NCBI GenBank assembly: GCA_965645245.1
Contig: OZ287075.1
Span: forward strand, 1,922,001 to 1,986,000
Reading direction: 5' to 3'
Length of the DNA: 64,000 bases
Origin: Massalongia carnosa
Taxonomy: Eukaryota
Positions within the stretch are counted from its first letter, which is position 1; the number at the start of each line of letters is the position of its first letter. This document shows positions 48,930-60,925 of this stretch, piece after piece. Below the pieces are notes generated by a model, which saw only the letters and a list, made by a program, of their open reading frames with translations, did not search any database and had not been told where the DNA came from. The translations under genes were made by a program, and so were the position numbers.

Positions 48930-50754
48930 ATGTCTTCGAAAACACTCCTCAATAATGATAAGAAGAACGTTGTTATCATTGGCGCCGGTGCAGCTGGAAT
49001 GGTATATAATATTATACTCCACCGTTCAAAGCGAGAACTGATTTCAATACAGTCATGTGCAGCTACACTGGCCCAACATCCGGACAAGTTCAAAGTGACC
49101 ATCATCGAGCGCTCTTCGGTATGCGGTGGACAAGCCACATCAATCCCCCTCGACAAGGAGAAATACGGCACCTCGTGGCTCAACAATGGGGTTCAAGGAG
49201 GCTCACCAATCTTCAAACATACGTTCAACTTTTTCCGGAGATACGGACATGAGCCGCAGGAAGTCAAGCTTCAGGTTTCGTTCGGGCAAGGCAAGGACAG
49301 CTTCTGGACCAATGTCTTTCCAAGCCAGATGGTTGATCAATATTCTGCCGATATCAAGAAGTTTGGCAATGTGTTGAAACTCATCAAATGGACCATGCCT
49401 GTTTTAGGACTTGTCCCGATTAAAGTTATGCTGCGAATGTTCTTTTTCAGTAAAGACTTTGGCGATAAGATGGTTTTTCCCCTTATCGCATTGTTCCTTG
49501 GAACGGGTAATTATCATCCAGTTGGTATCATTGAGCGTTTCACTCATTCTATTCCACACTAGGGAACCAAACTGCAAATGTTTCTTGTGCAATCCTTGAG
49601 AGGCTATTTGATGACCCAAACATGAAGCTCTGGGATTATGATTCAGAAACCCTCTTGCCAAACCTACCAACCATGGTTACGTTCCCTCATTGCCATAACT
49701 TCTACGCAGATTGGGCAGCAGATCTCCGCTCCAAAGGCGTCACCATCCGTACCAACACCAATGTCACTAGCATCTTGAGCCGGAGCAAAAACGGCGTAGT
49801 CCTCCAAACAATCCCTTCTAACGCTGAGAATCGTGATCACACCGGCAAACGCGCTGGCGAGCACACCGGGCCCACTTCGCAACCCGAAACCTTCGACGAG
49901 TTGGTCATGGCCGTTCTTGCTGACGACGCCAAAAAGATTCTTGGGAAAACAGCCACCTGGAAAGAAAATTTCGTTCTAGGGGGCGCCAGATTCTTCGACG
50001 ACATTACTGTCACCCATTCGGACGCCAAGTACTTTGAAAAGAACTACGAAACGCGCTTCAAGCCCGAGCTATGCGCGGAGCCAAAGTCCAAGGAGCAAGA
50101 AGGCCAAATTAAATTCGCCAAGAACGAGATCGAGGGTCAGGAAGGGGAACCGAGCGGCTACAGGCCAATGTATTACACGCACTCATATGCAGATGATCCG
50201 CAGAAGATTGAGATGTCGTTTGATTGCACTAACTATCAGCATCAGTTTCGGCAGGATCATGACGCCGACGCCCCGCCCATTCCCTTTGAGCGGCACGTCT
50301 TCCAATCTATTTTCCTCGACAAGAAAAACAGCCATATGTGGACAATCGACCAGATCGAGGAGAGTAAGGTCATTGAGCGTAAATGGTGGCATCAACTGGG
50401 CCATCGGTGGCAGCATTATGTCAGAGTGGTGCCAGGCATGATGTTTATCAATGGAAAGAACCATACTTGGTTTGCCGGCTCTTGGACTTTGGTAGTATGT
50501 ACTGGTTCTCACCCTTTCACTCACCTCCGGCTCGATTCACCCACGCCCTTTCGTTCAATCCTCCTTGTCTTCTAACCATATACCACCCCAAACAGAACAT
50601 GCACGAGCTGGCCTGCGTTTCTGGCATAGCTGCGGCCTACCGTCTTGGCGCTGAGTACGAGCGGTTCGACGATTTCGCCGAGGATTTTTTCAAGAAGTAC
50701 CTCCTCATTTCGCATGGCGTGTGGTATAAAAGGGGGAAGAAGAAGGCGCTGTAG
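48930..50754 (+). CDS. FAD-dependent oxidoreductase (amine oxidase-like; 4 exons)
   Basis: Rossmann VVIIGAGAAGM|SCA...IIERSSVCGG; C-terminal WFAGSWTLV|NMHELACVSG. Confidence 0.88.
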
Positions 50755-51333
50755 GTGAGTTTGGTGGAGACTAGAATGGGGAGAGAGCTAGGTAATGAGC
50801 GTGGAAGCGGGTTTTGGGGATAAGTTGGAATACGATCACGGTAGCTGCCAACGGGCCGCTGTTCACGGGAATCTCAAGAGGGGTTGAGAGTTATGCATTC
50901 TGGACCCCAACGACTGGCGCGGGAGTATACAATGCGCATGTAAATTTTATCTAGTTATTCTAACCAACTTCTTATGAACGTCCGCTGCACTGATCCTATG
51001 ATATCAGGGTTTACTTTGTCGATAGATAGGAGGTAGTCGTAGTATAGGTAATTGAACTGATCGTGATTTCGATCCTTGCTCATTACTCGTACGAGTACCC
51101 AGACGAGGTGCAGAAAAGCTGCATAGTCAAGTAGTATATTACCTACACCATCGCCTACTCTAGAAGATCATTGTTCTCATCATCTTCTTCTCCTTAGGAA
51201 ACGATGATTCGCATTATAGGTATAACGTAACCCACCACTCCTTTAAACACCAGTATTGCTTCATTTACCTTGCTGTCGCCAGCTGCAACGTCGTCGATAT
51301 GAATAACTTCATGAATCTAACTAAAGGCGCCTC

Positions 51334-51984
51334 TTATTCAGCCATTAATCTAACCCCGGACCGAAGGAATTGCTTCAATTGGTCGCCCAGAGCCTAAACC
51401 AACCACCCTTTTTTATCCGACTTCCCCATGCCTTCCGAGTCTCTCCAGGCGAAAAATCTCTTCGTAATAGCTTCATGATCGACAGTATTAATTATAGTGA
51501 AACGACGAGTGTGATTTTGAATGAAAGTAGTTCGATTAGCTACAAACAAGATCTAAATCAAAGGGTTTGGAATTATCAGAGGCCCAGTAGAAATCATCAG
51601 AGGCCCAAATGAACATAAAAGCTCTTTTTTCATCGGATATTTCACCCAATCTTCGTTGTCTTTTGTATGTAAAATAGTCGTATAATTGTCGAATTCCTGG
51701 ACAATCTTCCATCTTTTTCCTGCCTCTTCAAAGACCTTTCGACATGGCCAGTTCAATTGAAAAATTCCCATCCGGCGCGCGCCCTTCCATCTCTTCCAAT
51801 CAGAAGAACGTACAGGTTCCATGCTCTGATCTTGTCGAAGTCTCCGAGACTCCCGATACCAGTCATCATCCATTGTTTTATTCTTCCCCTCCCCTCCCGC
51901 AACGTTCAATCAATCCGGTGTTTCAGGCCGTCGCATCCGACGACAGTTCGAAGAGCTTTTCGAAGAACCTTTTGTAGATGGCAT
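51334..51984 (-). pseudogene. second, divergent ORF inside the pogo element (217 codons, 3 internal stops)
   Basis: One frame from ATG 51984 (MPSTKGSSKS...) to TAA 51334 is interrupted only by TGA, TAG and TAG. Confidence 0.5.
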
Positions 51985-52242
51985 ATCTGGAAAGGAGTGG
52001 AGAGAGCGAGTGCATCGACAATAGAACACGAAGCTCGAGGCCGCTTTGAAGGATAATGATCTCGACAAGAAGCTTGATCTACTGCGTCAACTGGCATATT
52101 GTCAGGTCTTAGAACGGGAGGGCTATTGGACAGGTCTCGCACGCGTACCGGACATGACCATGGACCATGTGCGCAAAGAAATTCGCGGAGAAGTGAAAGA
52201 ATAGTTGGAGGCTTTTTATGCATCATCGCCCTCTCCACCTCG

Positions 52243-54364
52243 CATGAACTCGGTATGTTCTTCCCTGTCTTCCTCGCCCATGTCATCGCCTTTGGCCAGG
52301 CGGGTGATTGCGCCGCTTTCCAGGAGAGATCGTGTAGGTTTAGCTGTCATAGCTGCAAAGAGCAAAAGAAAAACAGCGAACGAAGTCGCTCTTATTTACG
52401 GGGTCAACAGGGGAACTGTGGCCCGTCAAATAAAAGGAAGTCGAAATGCCGCGGAGTATGGTCTGACTCGTCGCCTTTTGGATGACAGCGAGGAGCAATC
52501 CATTCTTAATTACATTGATTCGAGCACTGCTGTGGGTTTTCCCGCTCGCTTTGATATGATTCGTGAAAAGGTCATGAAGTTGTTGAGACTTCGCGTTGAA
52601 TCTTCTGCATCTTTGGGAATTAATTGGACGAAGCGCTTTCTTGATCGATATTCGGACTATCGTTCTCGATTTCCTCGTCACTTGGATCAGGAACGACATT
52701 GGAACACTGATCGCAAGTGTTCGAGGATTGGTTCTCGCTTGTTCGAAGAACAATGGACAAGTATGGCATTGCGACAGGTGATGTTTATAACATGGATGAA
52801 AAGGGACATCTGATGGGGAGTTGCGGGAAATATTCGGTAAGTGATCATATTTTCAGCTAAGTCACTTTCGGTTAGAAAATATCTGAGAACGGTTAATAAG
52901 CTTGAGCGGGGCTACATTTCAGATCATCGATTGGTTGAAAATTTAATCTTGATTTAAAGTTTTAAGCCTCATCGTTTAAGGTTTGATGTTTACGCTAAAA
53001 TGTTTATTATTTTGTAGAAAGGTCATCGTGCGACGATGCGACAAAAACGCCTTTTCCGTTCATTCTGGAGACAGGAAATGGAGCACCTGCATAGCGTTCG
53101 TTTCTACTCGAGGATGCGTGTTCAAGCTCATGATTATCTTCGAAGGTATACGAATAGTAAAACCCTGAATGGAGGAATTTCTCGAGGCAACCTTTGCCGT
53201 TAGCAAGAATGGCTAGACTGACAACAGTCATGGACTGACCTGGGTGAGAGAGTATTTCAATCCTCAGACAGTTCATTTGAAAGGCCGACGACTTCTTCTG
53301 ATTGACAGGCATGCGTCTCATGTCTCTGTTGATTTTATCGAGTACTGCTGGTCAGTGGATATAATTCCGCTCTGTCTTCCACCTCATACTACTCATTTTC
53401 TTCAGCCTTTGAACGTAGAATGTTTCCGACCTCTGGACAAAGCATAAAAAAAAAGCTGAAGGAGTGAAATAAATTCGGAGAGGTGTACGTGAATAAATTG
53501 AATTATCTGAAGTTTCTAAAGAGGGCAAGGGAAACGGTCATGACTTTCGATGTAATCATGTCAGCTTGGGTTGCAACTGGTGAATAAAAGTAACATTCTT
53601 TTCTTAATGTTTTGCTATCAAGTTCAGGTATTTATTCTTTTGACCCGCAGCGAGTAATTGAGAAATTACCTCAATTTCTTCAATCGGTTCCTTCGGCCCC
53701 TTCGAGTTCAATCGTATTTCCCTTGACCTCCACCTCCACCTCCACCTCCACCTTCATCAACAGTTCATTTTCGAATAATTCTTTCGATAGAACTCCTTCT
53801 AACAAGCGCGATTACTCTGCTATGTTGAATTCATTGGAAATTTTCATACCCAAATCACATCAAGACCGGCTTCAGCGTCTCAAAAGAGCAACTGCTATCG
53901 CCTTCGCAGATCGAACACTTCTTCAAGACTCTACTCAGTCATTATTCAAAGCGAATCTGGCCAAGGAGAAGAGAAAGAAAAAGAGAAATGAGGCAGGGAA
54001 AAGGGCTACTTATGATAGCGCTTTCGGACGTTTTCTCACCGAGGCTCAGGCCGAGGCATATCGCATAAAAGAGAAGGATAAAGCAGAGATCACTCGTCTG
54101 AGAAAGGAGGCCGTTGAGACTAGAAAGATGAACGCTGCTGAAAAGAAGAAGGAGGCTGAAAGAAAGAAAGATGAAAGAATCAAACGATTGGCCGCTCAGG
54201 CTGAGAAGAAAAAGAAAGAGGATGAACTGAAGACTGAACGTAAGCGTGAACGAATGACAAAGGCCATGCAGAAGGAGAAGGAAAAGATGTTGAAGATGTC
54301 AAATCAAGGACCATCGAAAAGAAGACGAGATAACTTGCCTACAAATGCTCCATTTACCTCTTAA
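52243..54364 (+). pseudogene. inactivated intron-containing pogo transposase
   Basis: HTH YGVNRGTV, CENP-B HTH LGINWTKRFL, YNMDEKG, LLLIDRHASH, LPPHTTHFLQPLN; frameshift near 52715, Trp-to-stop changes, introns from about 52837 and 53580; K/E/R coiled-coil tail. Confidence 0.9.
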
Positions 54365-55739
54365 AGTTAGATGAAGTTTACCTGAAATTCCACCTAAACA
54401 CAATTGAATTTTGTATGAAACTCGCCTACCCCGCAAGCTCGTTCTTTGAAAGCATCTCCGAGTCTTTACAGGTCGAGTTTGAACGCGCCTTATTTTATCA
54501 GGCCGGTGGTGAGGTAGGGAAGTCCTAATTTATGAAGACATAAATCTTGAGAGTTGAAGTTCGACGACGAGGTTTTTCGGATGGTAATGGAAGGGGGTTG
54601 GGGGATGTAATTACTCTCGGGTGATAATCAGACTGTTTTCGAGCGACGAGGCTATTCAGATTTATATAATTCATCATTATTGTCGCTCTCATTGATGATG
54701 ACGATGAGGGTATTTAGATATTCTGGTGTTTAAAGTAGTGGTGGGTGACGAACTAGTGGTGGGTTACGTTAGTAGCACGATTGCCATTGAATGTAATGAT
54801 CTATGTGGACTATACGCAATTGCCCATTAGGCACCCGCGGGACTTTAGATGAATGCCTATAATGATGATAGCCTAACCATCCAATGAGTGGTAGTCTTCA
54901 TCATCTAACACTTCCAGGCAGGAGAGCGGTAGAGAGCTAACTATCTACCTACCTAAGAAGACTTGCGCGCTTTGCTTGCTTACTTCTTCGTGTGTTTACT
55001 TACCTACCTGGCTGATGTTGGCTTATTCGTTCGGAACCTTTCTTGTTGTGTCCACGCTTGTATTATCTCGCCTTATATATGACAGAAACAGCGTCTGAAG
55101 TGTTGGTATATTTAATTCCTGGGTCGTCAAATTGGTTCCTTGACATTAAATTCCCTGACCTCCTTAGAGAAAGGATTGCCTATCTTAACTATTTGCTCTT
55201 GATCTCTTCCGATGTTTCTTATAGTTATATCTTTGATCGTACAAATAGCTTGAGTTGTCGATTGATTGAATGTTGCTCATTCGTGATCCAACGTTCGAGG
55301 CTGACTTGCTTCCAAGCGGCGATGTGAAAGTCAATCGGACATGCAACTGTTACCGCATCATAAAAGGAATATTTCAGCAGTTAAGGCACAAACGACGCGT
55401 TTATGTTCGCCATTCTGGGGGGAGCCTTCAACCTCGATAACGGCCTTATTTAAAAGGGCTACTCTGCATCTCTCGTTTCATACATACGGTTGGCTCAGCA
55501 TGGCTCAGCTTTTCACTAATATTCTTCCTGTTCAAGTACACTGAACATGCATGGCATTAGGACAAACAAAAATTAACACCATAAAATAAACCGACATCGA
55601 GAGCTTCAAACTGTTAAGATGAGTTTACAAAATTCTACACTTTTCACTCTGTTCATCCACAGCCCTTTCAAATCAGTTGGTCTTACCATTGTTTCTTCAA
55701 TTTATTAAGGCGGATAATGCAACTATGCTTAACAGAGCC

Positions 55740-56277
55740 TTCCACGGGGTTGTTTACGTGTAGCGCTTGTCCCTAGGGGTCTTTGCGTACCCACTCTAGC
55801 ACCCTTAGAAGATGTTTCTCGTGGCACGTTGAGTGAGAGTGACATACATACCCGAGACACACCTCCACTTCCTGATGGTGAAGAGATCAAGAAGCACCTT
55901 GATGGGGCCTGAAACATATCGCTTTTCTATTCCGGTCCCGGTGGCTACGCAAAGAAGGCGCTATAACGATCGACAAAACCCAGCTATAGTCCTGTTAGAT
56001 ATTCTGCTGGGCCGGACGGCTGTCCGGAGGGTATCAATACCCTCTGGCTTTCTATCAGCCTCGTTGATGATCCTGGCTGTGACGCAGGCTTCAAGGTGAA
56101 CAAAGCAACATGAGAGAACATTTTTGGTGTCGCTCTCGACGGATGTAACACGGGCGCCACGGATAAAAAGTACGGCGGCTCCACGACATACAAGTGCGGT
56201 GTCTATGATATCCAGCTTAAGCCAGGGCACGATGAAAGCCCCCCCGGAAGAATTTGCTGCAGAGCATGGTGGCTAAA
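55740..56277 (+). pseudogene. pseudogene of a secreted Cys-containing fungal protein
   Basis: One frame with 3 stops: ...LPDGEEIKKHL..*NISLFYSGPGGY..*...KAT*ENIFGVALDGCNTGATDKKYGGSTTYKCGVYDI. Confidence 0.5.
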
Positions 56278-58807
56278 AACCGCATCAGCCTAGGCGACTT
56301 CGGTTTGTGGTACGGGATTTAGGCAGAACAGGGGAAATGGAAATGATGTTCGATAAAGGGAATTGTGGAGGGGGGGGGGTTGGTGGGCGTTTTTGATCTG
56401 GATTTTATCCAGTTCGGCCAATATCTGAATCCATGTAGTTATGCAATCACTTCGGCTAGGAGTCCACCAAAAATTTCAGAACAGCACAAATATATATATA
56501 GTCAGCGAACATACTCCCGTAGCAACACGGTGGAGAATCCTCCTATATATAACAAGACAACATAAGTTGATCATATCTCCACGGCTCCCCGCTGGGTTTT
56601 TTGCTTTCCGGTAGGCGATTCGTTTTGATAACCACGCCGCCTTCAACTTGTAAACCTTGCGATCAGCAAACAGGGTACACATACTTGCTTATATATCTCC
56701 AACCATCAAAGGGCGTTTGACAATGAAGCAACGAATGCAATGCAGGCTTAGCCCCTGCAGCGCAACCCCTCCTCGGGGCCCAATTTAGGTCAAGCTCAGG
56801 TTACGGAAGGCTCACCTTGGGCTTATGTTGTAGGTTACATCAGTGATTTGATAAGTCACCTCCAGGACCAGAAAGGGAAGGGAGGGGGGGAGAGAGGAGT
56901 AGGAGCACGAAACCTTCCGAACTTCGAGGAGTGTGTATACCTCCCCCCATCATTTCATCCACCCCGTGCAACCAATGAAAAACCACTGATCGCGCGACCG
57001 CGAGATGCCGCGAATCCCCACATTGCCCCGGGAGCCGGACGGAAGGCCCATGCCCCAGCTCGAACGGGGGCATTCCTTTAAGCGAGCGAAGAAGATGCCT
57101 CTCTCCCACTCAACATCTCCACCCGAATCTGCGTGGGAAGGAGCGGAATCTCACTTGCCGTTGGGACAATGCATGAGGGTTCGACATGCTCTTCTCCCCA
57201 GGGTTTACTGGTTTCCCATGGCTCTTTCCCCCTTTCCTTCCTTCCCCATGTTCTCGGCTTTTTCCGGCTTTCGCCACGTCCCGGGGTGTTCAGAGGTGGT
57301 CACGATGAGTCCTTAACTAGGTGCTTTAGGATAAGAGAAGTTTTAAAGATGGTTGCGTTTGGATAAGGGTTGCTTGGTTGGGGTGCTGGGAAAGGGGGCG
57401 GTGGAGAGAGATTGGGTGATATATGTTTAAAAGGCAAAGGACAAGGACAAACCTCGCATAGCTGCCCCTCGGATTTTGGTGGAATGGATGGGTAACAGCA
57501 TTACCCGATTGGTTATTGGCTTCATGGTTTCCTTCAGCAATCCGGTCCATATCGTCAAGCGTCTGGATGTCAGCTCGTCGACATCATGAACCATTAAAAG
57601 ACCCAAATGGCCAACAAACGCTCGCATCTTAGCTTGATGTAAACGATTCCGTTCCCGAACCCATTACGCTATTCTGCATCCGTTCACGTAGCCATAATGC
57701 CAAATTCATTGCGTAAAAGAACCACTTTGGATGGACAATCGCTCATAGGTGGATGGATTTATCGAGGTCAGGACGTCAGATCTGTTCTCGAGTCTTGCAA
57801 TCTCGAGCCATAACTTACACGCGTGAATGAATGATTGGCATCCACGTATACTCAGACAGCGACGTATTAGAGTATAGTAGACATCCATCGAACAATCCAA
57901 CTCTTCATCCAAAATAGTCTATCGCATCAAGTCTTTGCTGTTCCGAGTACAGCCATAGATTCTATCAAGTTCTTCTAAACAAGCTAGGGATGTTTGCTGG
58001 CCTTACTTCAGAGAATCCGGGCCCTTCAGCCGAGTTTGTGGGTACTCGTGTTTACCAGAGATAATCCTGCAAGGTCTGTTTCCCGTACCAGCAGTCAACA
58101 GAACGAAAGTCAAGATTCGCCGAGTTTTTAAATGACCAAGTAAGATGTGGCTACATCGACATCGAGCAAAGAAGGATGTCGTGTCGATCTGGACAAGGCA
58201 AATAATAAAACCATCGGGCCTGTAATGTATTGCCTCAACAGCCGCCGCTGCCATGAAGATATAGAGTGCTAAACAAACCCGGCGCAGCGCCCACCACAAT
58301 GATAAGTCTCAAGAAGGTGGAGCCGAACGTAAAGGTCAACCAGACCATTCGACATCATCAAAATTCAACCGCGCCTCTTTAACAATCATTTACGCTCCAC
58401 TTGTTGAACATTCCACGGATCCAGTCTCTTGGGTTTGCTGCGAGTGCCGATTCAAGGTTCGGCGCGCTTGGGTGTGTTCCAGCTGCTACCATCACAATTG
58501 CAATCAATGCAAGATGAAGTAGCTCAATCTAGGCGAGTGGTGTGAGCTATACATGCTCAAACGGGCAACGAAGGAGTCAACAGCACACCCTGTGTACCGG
58601 CAAGAGTTGAAGGCCGTGACAAGGGCTGCTGAAGGCCTTCTGCATGGGAGACTCGATTTGTTTTGCAATGGTTGTTTAGAGGTTTACGGGATGCGGTCTA
58701 GATTTTCTTGGAAAACGTTTACGGAGATGTTTAGTTGGGTTCACCTTTTTCCTGTTGTGTTTGCGTGAAAAGGCCAAGTCCTACTCGGTTTAGCTAGCGG
58801 TGGAGGA

Positions 58808-59988
58808 TCAATTTGAAGAAGTCATTAGATCTCCGTCAGCTTCATCCTTGTCATCGTCAAGTTCCTTTTCCTCTTTGATTTCTATGTCATCGCCATCACC
58901 TATATCCTTGCCTTCGCTGTCGTCAACGGGAGCGAAACTTAAATGCTTCCAATCTTCAATTTCCTCGATGATGCTTCTCAATCGATCTCTAACGCTCTCG
59001 ACGGCATAGCTTCCCAACAGTAATCTTAAGGGAGGAAAACTGCAATGCCCTAGCTGCCATACAAGCTCCGCAGCTTTGATTGCGCTAGTGGGCTGTCTGT
59101 CTCCCAACCACTGTATCATTCTTTGCGCATGTCCCGCCGGCGCCGTTGGCCCAGCATATGGCTCGCTTGCTGGTTTGATGAAAAAATGGCCAAACGTAGG
59201 TAAGGGGTTGGATCTGCATTCCGGTTCATCCCGCCTGACATGACCAGGCTCCACAAGCGTAGCCTTAATGTTGAATGCGTCCACCTCGTAGAGCATACTT
59301 TCAATCAGGCCTTCAACGGCATACTTTGTTGCGCAGTAAGGTCCTAATCCTGGAACTCCGAGTGCTCCGCTCGTGCTGCTGAATATGAGATATCTACCTC
59401 CCTCACCCTCCTCTCGTCCCCTGAAGTACGGCAGGCTCAACTGAATGATGTTCAAGGTACCCCAAAAATTCGTTTCAAATTGGTTCCGAATCTCATATTC
59501 ATCGTGGTCTTCGCAAGCCCCAATAATGCCATAGCCAGAGCAATTTGCAATGATGTCTATGCGACCCCAGTGGGCAATACTCTTCTGAATGACTGCCTCA
59601 ACCGTGTCGCGGATCCGAACATCACAGAGAAGACCGAGGAAGTTGGATGAGGTCGGGGAAGTGGAATCTTGTTGCCAATCTTTCATGCTGACAAGAGAAT
59701 TTTCAAAGGTTCGGCCGACCGCCGTGACAAGATCATGATGCGTCAAGGCGGCTTTGACGACCGAGCGACCCATATGTCCTGTAGCTCCAAAGACCTAGCA
59801 GTTTGATTCGTCAGTGAGAGTTTAGGAATCGGCTCCGGCATAACCAAGCACAGCCGACTTACCACCCACACATTTTGCTTGGGGGGGTTTTGTGGTCCTG
59901 GTGGATCGCAGCTCGAAGGTAGTTGGAGCCTTGGAATACGCGATGCCGAAGCTGGGGAGAGAGTGCGTTCCTTTGTCTTATCCTCCAT
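58808..59988 (-). CDS. short-chain dehydrogenase/reductase (2 exons)
   Basis: QNVWV|VFGATGHMGRS, WGRIDIIANCSG, ETNFWG, catalytic YCATK, VEPG. Confidence 0.93.
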
Positions 59989-60925
59989 ATTCCAAAATTC
60001 GGAGTGCCTTCTTATAGGTGTAATAAGCTAAGTTTCAAGGAGGCTGAGCGTTGAACTGAAGGGCCCATGACCACAGGATACCTAGCAAGCCGATTGAGTT
60101 CCGGTTCACGAGCATGGAAACTGAACCGGCTTGTTAGCTGTGGTACATGTTGTCCGATTGTTTGACCGATTAGGTGGAATTCGGTTGTTTGGGATAAGTA
60201 GAGGTTACATTGAGGCCCGATGGCAACTACTATAGGTCGGAACGTGAGGTATGGAAAGCGGTCGCAATCCGACAAAGACCTCTCTGGCTCCTGTTGGCGC
60301 CTCAAACCATTTACGAAAGTACAGAGTACCTACATACAAACTCCACTCGTGGATGTTTATATTCGCCTACAATAAAAGTTCGTAGACGTCAAAATAATGC
60401 TTGTGGGTCCGTTAACATATATATCAGCTATTCTATCCATCTATTCCTATCACATCATGAACTCAGTCATAGCCATCCGAAAAAGGGAGTTTGTAAAATA
60501 AGATAACAAGGTCCCACGGGCTGCCGATGCCTGTCCTTTCTGCTCCTTGCTCGCGCCCAAACAGCACAGCAGCCGAGTCGACGACCCAGAAGAACCCTGT
60601 CTGAACCGTAAAATTTCCTCCGTAAAAATGTATCGTGGTATCTAAAAGGGCCCAAATAGCTCAAGTGCGAAAGAAGCGTAGGAATACATGTCCGTCTTAA
60701 CAGATACTAGCCAAAGCCCTCCATCGAATTTCCCACAAGAACGGGGACGCAGTATGTAAGTCGTAGAGACATCCAAATCAGAATGGAAAAGGAACTTTTT
60801 CAGCATATTGAAGATTTTAGAAACCATGATTGGTAAGAATCCAGAAGATAAAGGGTACTTGGAATGTCCGTTGCTGCGGGATCCCAAAAAAGGTTCCCGT
60901 TTGCATCTGCCATATTTTATGTACG

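Larger units (their letters stand above)
51225..54769 (+). mobile_element. pogo/Fot1-family DNA transposon, 3545 bp, TA TSD
   Basis: TIR acgtaacccaccact / agtggtgggttacgt plus ctttaaacaccag / ctggtgtttaaag; TA at 51223-51224 and 54770-54771; contains a DDE_1 transposase. Confidence 0.95.
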
